Part shown: positions 1 to 10,521 of the stretch, one piece after another | Layout of the letters: every line of letters starts with the position of its first letter | Numbering within the stretch: position 1 is the stretch's first letter | Notes under the pieces: generated by a model | Database searches by the model: none | What the model saw: only the letters and a program-made list of their open reading frames with translations | Told to the model about the DNA's origin: nothing | From: a virus | Taxonomy: Duplodnaviria; Caudoviricetes | Strand: one strand, 5' to 3' | DNA: 64,000 nucleotides | Virus record (IMG/VR): IMGVR_UViG_3300012157_000001 | Location: 32,001-96,000 of that record | Made by a program: the position numbers and the translations under genes

Positions 1-6
1 CCAGCA

Positions 7-770
7 GAGCCTGCGGAGCGGCGTGGTAGCTCCGAGTGGTGCGTCAGCACCGTCTTCGCACGGAACCCGTACCCAGCAGAGCCGGCGGAGCGGCGTTGAT
101 GCTTCGACCTTCGATCCAATCCATTGTGTTAGAGCGCGCCCTGCGCGGTTTCGGATATACTGGCGCCATGGCTCAGAAGCGAAAAAAGAGCGGTCTGCCC
201 AGCTGGTTTCCGTTCGCACTCGGTGCATCTGCGGTGCTCATTCTGTTCGCGGGTGCTCGATCGGGCTGGAGGACGAGCGCAACCCAGGGGACGCCGCTCC
301 GTGGCTGGCCAGGTCGACGAATTGCATGAGAGCCTGCGGAGCGGGCGTTGTGCCTCCGACTAGTGCGCGTAGTGCATTTGAGCCAGCGGCGTGGCCTGGT
401 GACGTCGAGCGGTAGTAGTCGGCGTTGGTCAAGCCCGCGGAGGGGCGTTCGCTACTCCGACATCAGTCATCCCAAGGCTAGAGCCGGCGGAGCGGCAAAA
501 AAACTCCGAGACGTCGAGCATTACCGATTGGTGCCCGCAGCAAGAGCCAGCGGAGCGGCGTCACTGTCTCCGACAGGTTGCACCATCGTCTTTTAGCTCA
601 CGGAGAGGCGCTGCCATCTCCGACCACCAGATGAGCGTCGCGGAGCCCGCGGAGGGGCGTTGTGCCTCCGGCGCCATGCCTGAGGCCACCTCCGACAGCC
701 ACATCGTTCGAGCCCGCGGAGGGGCGTTGTGCCTCCGAGAGCCTCTGCTGCGACGTGCCCGCGGAGGCGC
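7..770. repeat. Degenerate repeat-spacer array: ~29-30 nt repeats (GAGCCNGCGGAGNGGCG-N6-7-CTCCGA) with mostly ~20 nt unique spacers; CRISPR-like, no cas genes in the window
   Basis: Copies at 7-35, 79-107, 330-359, 380-408, 431-460, 481-509, 544-573, 594-623, 643-671 and 710-738, with a partial copy from 755. May continue upstream of the window. Confidence 0.85.
168..329 (+). CDS. Small membrane protein (53 aa) lying inside the repeat array
   Basis: MAQKRKKSGLPSWFPFALGASAVLILFAG: basic N-terminus plus a hydrophobic helix. TATACT lies 6 nt before the ATG. Confidence 0.55.
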   Translation: MAQKRKKSGLPSWFPFALGASAVLILFAGARSGWRTSATQGTPLRGWPGRRIA

Positions 771-811
771 CATTGACCCGCGTGTGCCACCGATGCTATC
801 ACTGGCGGCAC

Positions 812-1405
812 ATGGCAGACGACGATAAACCGGCCAAGCCGGCGGAGCCGTCTCCTCGCATCGAGGCGCCGATGATCTTCGTGCGCGGCGGAACCACGAC
901 GGCGAAGCACGATGTGCTTATGGCGAAGCAACGCGCGGATACCGAGCAACGTCGCGCCATTCAGGACCGGCAGTATCAGATCACGCGCGAGGACCCGATG
1001 GCCGCGCGCATGCATTCTATGAAACTTGCGGGCGCCGACTCGCCGAAGATCGTCGTCGCGGTCAAGCATCCGAAGGAGCTGGACTTCAAGGAATGGGTCA
1101 TCTGTGACCTGCTCGACCAGGGCACGGAGAAGGTTCTGAACATGCGGTGCCCTCAGTGCGCCGCAAAGAACCCGGGCCACGAGCCCGACTTCATGATCAA
1201 GCAGTCGAACCGGCGGTGGCACTTCGACCCGCGGCCGCCGAGGTGGATGCGCGACCTCGGGACCGACCGGATCTGGGTCAACCCGGCGGACGGCAGCACG
1301 GTCGTGGTGGCGGGCAGCGTGACGACCGACGACTGGATCCGGTGTCCGGGCCTCGGGTGCGCCTGGCACTTCAAGATCGACGACTCGGTGGCGTACCCCA
1401 AATGA
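812..1405 (+). CDS. Hypothetical Zn-binding protein
   Basis: CPQC and CPGLGC motifs. Start placed at ATG 812, after a TTGACC-18-TATCAC promoter; the ORF-track extension to 662 runs through the repeats. Confidence 0.65.
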   Translation: MADDDKPAKPAEPSPRIEAPMIFVRGGTTTAKHDVLMAKQRADTEQRRAIQDRQYQITREDPMAARMHSMKLAGADSPKIVVAVKHPKELDFKEWVICDLLDQGTEKVLNMRCPQCAAKNPGHEPDFMIKQSNRRWHFDPRPPRWMRDLGTDRIWVNPADGSTVVVAGSVTTDDWIRCPGLGCAWHFKIDDSVAYPK

Positions 1406-1842
1406 GCGATGATACCCTTCAGAGCGGTGCGGACGTTGTCACCTCGGCGTCCGCGCCGGCACGGCTGTCGGCTACACCCGGCGGCCGTGCGCTTTCTGAG
1501 GAGCCCGAGCTCACAGCAGTGGATGCGGCGGAGCTCCGTGCTGCCGAGCTCGCCATCGCAGGAGAGAAGGATCGCCCGCTCACACTCGAATTCGGGAAGC
1601 GGCTCGACCGGTTCATTGCGGACGCCCTCATCGAGCACACGAAGGACCATCCGCTCGCCGACCCGTTCCAGGTCATGGAGACGCTGCTCAGGATCTCCGC
1701 CGGCATCGCGATCGTGCGTGACCGCGACGCAATCTGGTTTCAGAGCTACGCCCGCGGCATCTACGACGAGGAACGGCAGGCGCGTCCGGAGGGCAAGGCG
1801 CCCGTGGTGCCGGTCGCGATCACTGGGCGGGAGGACCGTTAG
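1402..1842 (+). CDS. Hypothetical protein
   Basis: ATGA overlap with the upstream stop codon. Confidence 0.6.
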   Translation: MSDDTLQSGADVVTSASAPARLSATPGGRALSEEPELTAVDAAELRAAELAIAGEKDRPLTLEFGKRLDRFIADALIEHTKDHPLADPFQVMETLLRISAGIAIVRDRDAIWFQSYARGIYDEERQARPEGKAPVVPVAITGREDR

Positions 1843-1845
1843 CCC

Positions 1846-2334
1846 ATGGGAGTCTGGGGCACGGGGCCTTTCGACAACGATGACTCAGCCGACATGATTG
1901 CCGGCCTAGCACGGAAGGTCCATCGAGTTCTCGAACGGAACGATAGTGACGACTACGGGGAGGCCCGCGCCGCGGCGGCGTTCGTCCTATTGGCGCACGG
2001 GACAGACGTGCTAGGCGGTCCCGGTCTCGATGTGGTGCTGAAGGCGCTCGTCAAGATGCGGGAGAACAACGAGTGGCTGGCCGGGTATCGCCAGCCGCAG
2101 CAAATCGCAGCTGCGCTCAACAAAGAGATCGGCGCCGTTATTGCGAGGATGCGAGCCTGCAAAGGCTGCCGGCGGGGGCGCGATGAAGCCGAGTGGAAAG
2201 AGATAGAAACGCTGGCGCGAAAAGCACGACGGGCGCCGGTGCCGGCTACCACTTGGCGAACAGGTCGTCGAAAGGCGCGAGTGAGCAAGGCGCGCCGCCG
2301 AAGGATCCCTCGAATAAAGGAGCGCCGATCGTGA
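1846..2334 (+). CDS. DUF4259-like protein
   Basis: N-terminal MGxWGxGPFDNDxxAD signature. Confidence 0.7.
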   Translation: MGVWGTGPFDNDDSADMIAGLARKVHRVLERNDSDDYGEARAAAAFVLLAHGTDVLGGPGLDVVLKALVKMRENNEWLAGYRQPQQIAAALNKEIGAVIARMRACKGCRRGRDEAEWKEIETLARKARRAPVPATTWRTGRRKARVSKARRRRIPRIKERRS

Positions 2335-2960
2335 AGCTCGACTTCGACGCTCTCACGCCTGCGCAGCAGCGCGCCGCGGGCAATGTTGCGATCAATCAAG
2401 ATCTCGGAGAGAACCCGCGAGTACTCGCCGCGCTGGAAGATCTCGGCGTGCTGACCTCGTACGAGGAGAACCAGGGCGGACATCCGCCGCTCATGGTGAA
2501 GCGTTACGCGATGCCGGTGAGCGTGCACATGGCGTGGTGCGAGTGGTGCTCACGGACGCCGAAAGAAGAGGCGTTGCCGTGAGTGAGCTGAAGAAAGAGT
2601 GGCTCGCGTACCTATCGCTCGTCGGGCTCAGTGTCCTAGCTGGAGTCATCGGCGGCTACTCCATCGGCCACAACAGCGCCGAACACGACATCGCTGGTCG
2701 GTTCTACCACCGCTGCCGCGAGAACCTTGGTCTGTTTGAGCCGATGACGACGCTCCAGAAGGGCGAATCGGCGTGCGCGCATCTCATCACCGAAGAGCTC
2801 GGAATCGAGAACCGATGGGCCAAGGAACTGCCCTAAGATGGCACGCGACGTCGAAGTCCGTCGTAACGGCCAGGTCGTCGGCCACGCAAGGGTCTGCAGC
2901 CAGGACGACATTGTTCCACCGCGTGGGCTCCCCGCGCCTCGCGAGGACTACGAAGAGAAA

Positions 2961-3644
2961 GTGAGCACCAGCATGGACAAGGACAAGCACAAGGCTGCGC
3001 TCGATGCGCTCGCGGAGCTGATCCGGGGGGAGTTGGCAGGTGAGGACCGCGCACGCTTTTCGCGCGTGTGTCGGCTCGCCCTGATCGGTCAGAAACTCAT
3101 GGTGGAACTGAACCCTCGCGCGGAGGACGTGGACGAGGAAATCGAGGGCGACGAGTTCCACCAGCTCGGTGGGGTCTATCCGGCGCGGCGCCGCCGCCAC
3201 GGCGAGCTCATACTCGGCGCCGGCAACGACCAACAGCAAATGGTTCGAGAAACGTTGGCCATGCTGGGCCCCGCAATGGGCGGCCTGCAGCAGCAGAACG
3301 ATGCTCGGCGGCGCGAGTCGATGGCTCGCGAGTTGAACCAACTCATCGACGCTCGCGAAGTGCTGAAGGAACAGGACCAGGCTGCAGCCGGCATGCTCAC
3401 GAAGCGGATCGATGCAATCCTCGCGGCGATGGGCGAAGAAGAAAAACCGAAAGGAGACGAAGATGGACTTTCAGTGGTTCCTGCCGTCGATGTACGGCGA
3501 CATCAAGCTGAACCGAGTCTCGGCAGACTCAACGAGGATGACCCTCAATGGTCTCTCGCCGACGGAGAAGGAGGCGGTGCAGGCGCTCTTCGAGCGGGCG
3601 ACGAACCCGGGCGCGCTCCGCAAGTCGTGGGCCACGGCGGATAA
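2961..3644 (+). CDS. Hypothetical helical protein; 3' end overlaps the next gene by ~180 nt
   Basis: Protein-like coiled-coil sequence. Start uncertain (2838 or 2961). Confidence 0.55.
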   Translation: MSTSMDKDKHKAALDALAELIRGELAGEDRARFSRVCRLALIGQKLMVELNPRAEDVDEEIEGDEFHQLGGVYPARRRRHGELILGAGNDQQQMVRETLAMLGPAMGGLQQQNDARRRESMARELNQLIDAREVLKEQDQAAAGMLTKRIDAILAAMGEEEKPKGDEDGLSVVPAVDVRRHQAEPSLGRLNEDDPQWSLADGEGGGAGALRAGDEPGRAPQVVGHGG

Positions 3645-4284
3645 AACTGCGGCCGTGGACCTAGACTCCATGAGGGAGCAGGTCGTCGAGCTCGACGCAC
3701 CGATCACGAAGGTGCAGGAGTTCCTACAAAAGCAACTGAAGCCGCACCGGAAGCAGATTTCGGCGGTGCGCTTCTCGAACGGTCATGTCGAGCAGCTCAC
3801 GGAGGCAACGCTGCAGGTGATCGACGCACCGGCCGAACCCGACGTGGCGCAAGCAGTCGATACGCCCGCCCCTGCGAAGGAGAAAAAGAAGCCCGAGCCG
3901 AAAGGTGCCGTTACTGTGGCGCAGCCCGTGCGCGGGTGTCCCGCGCCGGACTTCGATGACGTCGAGGTCCGAGCGAGCCGCGTGCTCAAGGCGTTTCTGA
4001 CGCGGGATCAGATCGACGATTTCGAACGGCGGCAACAGTTCGTTGCCATCGGTGCCGACACCGGTCACCGGTACCTGCTCACGTCGCGGCACGCAAGGCG
4101 GGCGCTCTCTCAGTACGGCCATCGGACGCTCTACGACATGGACGAGCGCCTGCCGATGTGCGTCCACGACTGGGAGGTCCCGGCGCCGGAGGAGCTCTTG
4201 GCGCTCTTCGTTCACCTGTCACTGCCGGGTTTGGAGGAATACGTCCGGAGCATTCCGGACAGGGACGGCATCCTTGCCCACTGA
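3463..4284 (+). CDS. Hypothetical phage protein
   Basis: Strong RBS (AAGGAG at 3451) before ATG 3463; 273 aa. Confidence 0.75.
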   Translation: MDFQWFLPSMYGDIKLNRVSADSTRMTLNGLSPTEKEAVQALFERATNPGALRKSWATADKTAAVDLDSMREQVVELDAPITKVQEFLQKQLKPHRKQISAVRFSNGHVEQLTEATLQVIDAPAEPDVAQAVDTPAPAKEKKKPEPKGAVTVAQPVRGCPAPDFDDVEVRASRVLKAFLTRDQIDDFERRQQFVAIGADTGHRYLLTSRHARRALSQYGHRTLYDMDERLPMCVHDWEVPAPEELLALFVHLSLPGLEEYVRSIPDRDGILAH

Positions 4285-6972
4285 AGCCGAAGGAGAGGTC
4301 ACCGTGGACGAGAACGGCGTCGTGCGGCTTCCAGATGGCAGCGGCTGTTTCGTCGCTTCGTTCCCGCTGAGGAAGTCGCATTGGATCTACGCTGAGGGCG
4401 ACAACGATCCGCCGATGCCAATGCGCATCGGAGTCGGGCCGGAGCGGGCGGCGCTGGAGGCTCAGATCCGCTCGGCAGCGAAGTACGCGATACGTGCGGC
4501 GACCATGAAGGGAACGGAAATGGACTTCGATCCGGACGCGATGGTCCAAAACATGATCATCGGCCTGCTCGGCTACTGCACGCACGACGGCTCCCACGGG
4601 GGCCGTCTACCGGAGGACGCGGTTCTCGGGAGGCGCCCATGAAGATCGAAGTAAGGACCGGCGACGACGGAGGCGCGGAGGTCATCCTGTCCGACGTGTT
4701 CTCGGGCCTAGGCATCCGGACCGACGCCGGCCTGTTCGGCATCGCACAGCGAGACGGCGGCATCGAGGTGCTGCTTAACGGCACAACCGTGTGGGCGAGG
4801 GGCGCGAGCGCGGAGGACTTGCCGAACACACTTCCGCCGCCGCCGGCCATGACCGAAGAACGAGCTGCAGCGATTGCGAAGGTGATCAGCAGGCTGAGCA
4901 CACGGATCGGTCCTATGTTACGCGACGAGAAGGAGCATTTGGGCGTAGCAGTCGCGCTGACGACGATGGCGGCCCACCACGTGCTTCACGATGGCGCTAC
5001 CGAAGCGGACTTTTTGGATGTCTGCCGGATGGCCTGGAAGAAGTCTTTCGAGGCACACAAGGACTGCGGAAAAAACTGACCGCACCGATGGCAGATACCT
5101 CGCGCAGCTTCATTGGGGAGCGCCTGAAAGCGGCGTGGGCCCATCTACGCGAGCAGAAGGTCGGTGACCTGTACGACCGCGCCAAGCTCTGGGCCGATGC
5201 CGTGTCGCACGGAGCCGACCCGATCGAAGCGATGCACGGGCACCTGTGCGGTCCCGAGTGCGAGCACTGGGAGACAATGAGCGCCGAACGCAAAGCGAAG
5301 CTGCGGAACGCGCCATGGAACAAGCGGAGCTGAGAGATGAGCGACCCGACAGACGATCCCGACGACACGCCTTACGTGCATCAGGTGCTCTACACCAACG
5401 ACCTCATCCGAATAGTCTCCACGTGGCTCGGTGCCCTGTTCACAGTCGCGGATCCCGAGCGTGTGCGCCGAGCGCTGCAGCACGTGCTCGACAACTGGCC
5501 GCGACAGGTAGAGATGTTCGAGAACATGCGGCGTATCGCGCAGCAGGTGGAGGAGCGCAACAAGAGGCAGAGCCAGAAAGGCGGTGGGAATTGACGGAGT
5601 TCGGCGGGCTCGGCGGCGTGAGCGGCGGGAGACCGAGAAACACGGCCGATCTCTTCGAGGCGGCGATCGAACGCGCCTTTGGCGATCGGCTGCGGCACGA
5701 GCGCCGCCAGGGCCTGGACGCACGGAAGGGCGACAACGAGGAGGGAGGATTGTGGGACCGCGACGGGCTCGGAGCGCGACTTTGGGGCTCGCTCGCGAAC
5801 ATCGACTGGATCCACGAAAATGGCGACACGGCGGGCTACTCGTTTCGCGCAGCCGGCGACATGATCGCAGCGGTGGTCGGGGAGGGCGACTACATGGATT
5901 GGTACTGCTCATCGGACGCTGGCGTGGTCGACTCCGAAGTCGCTGAGGGCCTGCTGCGGGAGGGTTGGAGGCCGGAGGCGTGAACCGCCGCGAGCGCCGC
6001 GCGCAGCAGTCGTGGGCCCGAAAGGACCCACGGCTTCAGGGCATGGAGATCCGCTACGGCGGACGGACGCTCGTCTTCCACATCCTGGTGAACACTGACG
6101 AAGACGCGGAACAGGTCGTGTGGAGGCTCAAGCGCGCTGCCCCTGGCCCGAAGCAGGTGATGACTCTCGTGGCCGGTCGCAAACCGGACACGGCACACTG
6201 GGCGTCCACATGGGAAGGAGCCGGCATCCCGACCCTTTTCGCCGGACGCACAATCGCGATGGAGATCTACCTCAACACGGACGAAGAGCCGGGGCCGATC
6301 TCGGCGCGCCTCCTCGCGGCCGCTCGGGTGCCGGGAAACGCGGCGACCGCGGCTGAGCTGCGGAGGCTAGGCAACGTGCCGGATTCAGAGGACGTGAGTC
6401 TCGCCGTCATCATTGCCTGCGGCGACGTCGATGCCGAGGCGGCTCGTTCGGTGTGGGAAGCGACCTTTCGGGCGGGTGTCAAAACGGTGGAGAACGAGAA
6501 CTGATGCCCGACGTTACGACAGGTCGCGTCGGCGCTCTGGAGCGCGAGGGGCCGTGCCACTTTTGCGGTCGGACGGTCTCCCAGTACGCAGTCGTGGGTG
6601 AACCACGGCGAAGCTTCTTCGAACACGAGCATCCATGGTGCGAGGAGTACACCGCAATCGCGGCGGAGCACGGGCTCAGCGCAGAACACAACCCAAAGGA
6701 CGACGATGCCGAAAACTAGCGGCAAGCCATTCAGCCGCATCGTGGAAGCCATCGGCCGCAAAAAGGGCAGCTGGGTCGTCACTGTTCATCAGGGTCAGGC
6801 TCTGCTCGCTGCCGGCTCTATCAACGTAGTCAAGGCTGCCGGAGGCTTCATTGTGACGCTGCGCCTGAGCCGCGACGAGCTACTGAATCTGAGGCGCGCT
6901 GCCGACGAGGCGTTATCTGCTCTCGACGCGCAGTCGCCGCCGCACTAGCGAACAACCCCAAGGAGAAACGTC

Positions 6973-7365
6973 ATGCACGTGCTTTCGTCAATGACCATCG
7001 TCGCCAAGAAAACCGAGGTGCTCGCAACGCTCAAGAGCAACCGCGCAAAGCACTCCGAGATCGTGAAAGAGGCACGAGAGGGCTACATGGAAAAGGCACA
7101 GGCCGCGCTGAAGGAGAAGCTGGAGCACCTGCGGTCGGGCAAGCTCGCGTCGCTCTCTTTTTCACTGCGCGTGCCGCTCGACTACACGAAGGTCTACGAC
7201 ACGGCCATCCGAATGCTGGAGCTCCACCAGAACGACACGATTCAGCTCGACGCCGCGCAGGTACGCAACCTCATGCAGGACGAGTGGGACTGGACGGACA
7301 GTTTCTACGGCACGAATATGGTGTATTCGAAGATGGCGAACGACTTTCACAACGGTGAGGAGTAG
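6973..7365 (+). CDS. Hypothetical phage protein
   Basis: AAGGAG RBS; helical 130-aa protein. Confidence 0.75.
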   Translation: MHVLSSMTIVAKKTEVLATLKSNRAKHSEIVKEAREGYMEKAQAALKEKLEHLRSGKLASLSFSLRVPLDYTKVYDTAIRMLELHQNDTIQLDAAQVRNLMQDEWDWTDSFYGTNMVYSKMANDFHNGEE

Positions 7366-7758
7366 CCGGGCCGCGTATCGGAGGGCCTCGATGGACGACG
7401 AAAAAAAGAAAAAGGCACCGCCGATGCCGGTGCCAATGACCCGACAGCAGCGGCGGCAAATGAAGCGCGGGCGCATGAAGCTCATTGAAGGGGGCAAGCG
7501 ACCGGATGCGCCGAGCGTGGACATGTCGGAGCCGGCGGGGCGCTTCGCGTTCTACCTGCACGACTTCATCGTGCGCTACGTGGCGAAGAATCCTGATCTC
7601 GAAAAAACGGCTGCATGCGCGGCGGCGCTACAGGTCGCGGCGAAGTTCGCGGTCGAGGTCGAAGGCGACGAAGAGGGCTTTGCGGTGGCCGCTAAGCACT
7701 TCTTCAACGGCGAGTGGCAGGCGCGTCGCGGCGCTCCACCACCGCCGAAGGGCACGGG

Positions 7759-9060
7759 ATGAGCAGTCCTGACCAAAAGCTCGTTGCGGAGAACTACTGG
7801 GCGCCAGGCATGGCTGCCGTGAACGACTACGGCGTGATGTACCAGGCCGAGTGGGAAACGCTGTGGGACGGAACCGCCGTTGCCGCGCGTCTCCACGCTC
7901 GTGCGCTCGCGGCGCAAGGTATCCCCGTGCTGCTGAAGTCCTTCTCGGGCATCGTCGTGAACGCGGAGGGCGTGCCAGAACCGGTGTTCGCGGCGGGCCT
8001 TCCAGAGGCGGTGAAGGCCGAGGTCGGCTCGCTTCCAGAAACATCGATCGGGACGCTCGCGATCCTGCTGAAGCACCTGGTTGTCCGTGGGCAAGGCGCC
8101 CTCGACGGATACCTGATGCCTCGGCACGTGGCGCACTCGGACGTTACGGCGCTGCTGGCGCTTCGGAAGGCAGTCTACGACTCAACGATCACGTACACCG
8201 TGTGGGAGCGGGATCGCGTCGCGCCCGGGATCGCTCAGCTGCTCGGACGGTGCGGGCAAGCGTGGGTGCCGTGCAGCCAGAATGCCTCGGCGCTGATCCG
8301 GTCTGGCGTGCCGGCGGAGAAGGTACGGGTCGTGCCGCATCCGTACGAGCCGACCGACTCGATGTGTCGACTCACCGAGCGTAAGCCCATGACCGGCAAG
8401 CGGTTCTATTCGATCGGGCGCTGGGAGCCGAGGAAAGGACTCCACGAGCTCATCGGCGGATTCATGCTCGCGTTCCGACCGGGCGATGATGTGACGCTGA
8501 CGATCAAGACGAGCCCCGGGACGTGGAAGGGATACCCGAATCCAGAAGAGAGCGTCTCCTGGTGGCTCAAGCGGTTCGACTACTGGAGCGAGAAGACGCT
8601 CCACCCGCACCTTGTTGTCGATCATCGGCGGTACCCGAGGAGCCGCATTCTGAAGCTTCACTTCGACAACAACATTTACGTGTCGGCGTCACACGGGGAG
8701 GCATGGAACCTGCCGGCGTTCGAGGCGAAACTTGCCGGTAACCGGCTCGTGCACGTCCCGTTCGGCGGCACGGCGGATTTCTGCGTGGCCGATGATGTGC
8801 CGGTCGCATACGTGATGGAGCCGGTGGCTGGGATCTACGGCTGGGAGCCGGACGCCGAGTGGGCGAGCGTGACGATCGACGAGATAGCCGCGGCGCTTCG
8901 CATGGCGAAAGCGCCAGAGGCTTACGTGCGACCGGAGCACTACGAGCGCACATTCAGCTTCGATGCAGTCGGTGAGAGGATGGCGAACCTCGTACTCGCG
9001 CAGCTCGACGATGTGGATCCGAAGGCCGGAGCCTGGATTCGGGAGCGCAGGCGCAGATGA
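7759..9060 (+). CDS. Glycosyltransferase, GT-B fold (GT4-like)
   Basis: FYSIGRWEPRKG and YVSASHGEAWNLPAFEA (E-x7-E) motifs. Confidence 0.85.
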   Translation: MSSPDQKLVAENYWAPGMAAVNDYGVMYQAEWETLWDGTAVAARLHARALAAQGIPVLLKSFSGIVVNAEGVPEPVFAAGLPEAVKAEVGSLPETSIGTLAILLKHLVVRGQGALDGYLMPRHVAHSDVTALLALRKAVYDSTITYTVWERDRVAPGIAQLLGRCGQAWVPCSQNASALIRSGVPAEKVRVVPHPYEPTDSMCRLTERKPMTGKRFYSIGRWEPRKGLHELIGGFMLAFRPGDDVTLTIKTSPGTWKGYPNPEESVSWWLKRFDYWSEKTLHPHLVVDHRRYPRSRILKLHFDNNIYVSASHGEAWNLPAFEAKLAGNRLVHVPFGGTADFCVADDVPVAYVMEPVAGIYGWEPDAEWASVTIDEIAAALRMAKAPEAYVRPEHYERTFSFDAVGERMANLVLAQLDDVDPKAGAWIRERRRR

Positions 9061-9549
9061 AACCGCTGGACGTCCTCTCCATCCTAGTCACGTCGCACGG
9101 CGATGAGCTCGCACAACGCTTCGGTCGCAGGACCATGGAAGCGTTTAAGGAAATGCATGAACGCCGCCGCGAGCTGACCGACAAGCAAGAGACGTGGGTC
9201 ATGGACGTCGGCGAGAAAATGGGCATCATCACAGCGCCCGGAGCAAACCTGTTTTCGAGGCTTTCGCCGAAGGAACAAGCGCGGCAACGGGCGCAGGCGA
9301 AGAGGATTCTTCCGTGGGAAAAGTGAGTGTGGCGGAGGACAACGACATTCTTGGTCAGTTTCGGCGTGCACATGAGCGCGCAGAACGAGTGGCCCACCAC
9401 TACGGGTTCGCTTTCTACATAGCCAACGGCTTCTACAACGAGTACGCCGGCTGGAAGAGCGAGGACCGAGTAGCGACGGAGGTCGAGCAGGAACTCTGGG
9501 CGGCGCTGGACAGGCTTGCGCCGGCCGACTTGTGAAAGGGACGACGACG

Positions 9550-9822
9550 ATGATCGAACATCAGCACCACAACCTCGACGACGAAGGCAAGCCGGCCGGT
9601 GGCCGTGTCAAGGCTACCGGCTTCGACTTCGAGTGGAACAGCGGTCCGCCCGACAAGCCCAATGGAGCCACGCTCGAAGACGTGCTGGAGGCAGCGATCG
9701 GTCGTCTGGAGTTTCTGCAGAAGGCGCAGCCGAACCGCGACAAGGCGATTGCGCTCAATCATCTCGAAACGGCGTTCTTGTGGTTCCAGAAGAATGAACG
9801 GAAGGGTAAGCGGACCCCGTGA
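9550..9822 (+). CDS. Tad1/Acb2-like anti-defence nucleotide sponge (divergent)
   Basis: WNSGP..NGATLEDVLEAAIGRLEFLQ...RDKAIALNHLETAFLW follows the Tad1 pattern Q.GP...G...DL......RL..FQ....REN..A....EEA..W. Confidence 0.6.
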   Translation: MIEHQHHNLDDEGKPAGGRVKATGFDFEWNSGPPDKPNGATLEDVLEAAIGRLEFLQKAQPNRDKAIALNHLETAFLWFQKNERKGKRTP

Positions 9823-10521
9823 AGTGGAAGCCTGAGCCACGGGCTCTTCTGTCGCTGCCGTGCACGGGGCACATGTCCGAGCCGAAGCAGGACTGCGACA
9901 AGAGGATCGATATGCTCTTCCCGTTCAATCTGGAGAAGCTCACATCGGAGCTCAAGCGAGCGGGATGGTTCGTCACGGCGGTGACTCCGCCAGGCACGAA
10001 TCCGCCGGTCATGAGCGTGCTCTGCGGCGACTGTGCGGACGCGCTGATACCCGAGCTGACCGAGGCCACACGACAGGTCTGGAAGAAAAGGGACTCATGA
10101 CGAAGGTGCCTGGTCAGGGTGGCCCGTACTTCAGCCTCACGGAGAGTGAGTGCGGCCCTGCGCTGAAAGCGATCCTCGAACGGGAGGGGGCCGAGAACCT
10201 GGTGCAAGAGCTACACCGATGGATGCGTAGGCGTAGGGTGGAGGACGTCGCCTCGCTCTTTGATTCGCGCACCGCAGGCATGACCTGCGGCCCAGCCTCC
10301 GTCGTTCGCGGCTTGAAGGAAGCCGTCGAGTCGGGCACCGCCGAGAACCATACGTACCACTTTGCGATGACGGCGATCGTGTATGCGATGGCTCTGGAGA
10401 AGCTAGACCCAGAGTTCTTCAGAGAGAAAAGGCACATGGTGGACTCCGCAGCGTATGAAAAGCGGCGGCGCGAAATAATGGAATACGTCCGCCGGATCGC
10501 GGCAACGGAGGACACAACGTC

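Noticed and set aside
7-770. Calling the array a canonical CRISPR
   Set aside because: Repeats are too divergent, spacers are short and uneven, and there is no cas gene or AT-rich leader in the window. Kept as an unclassified repeat array.
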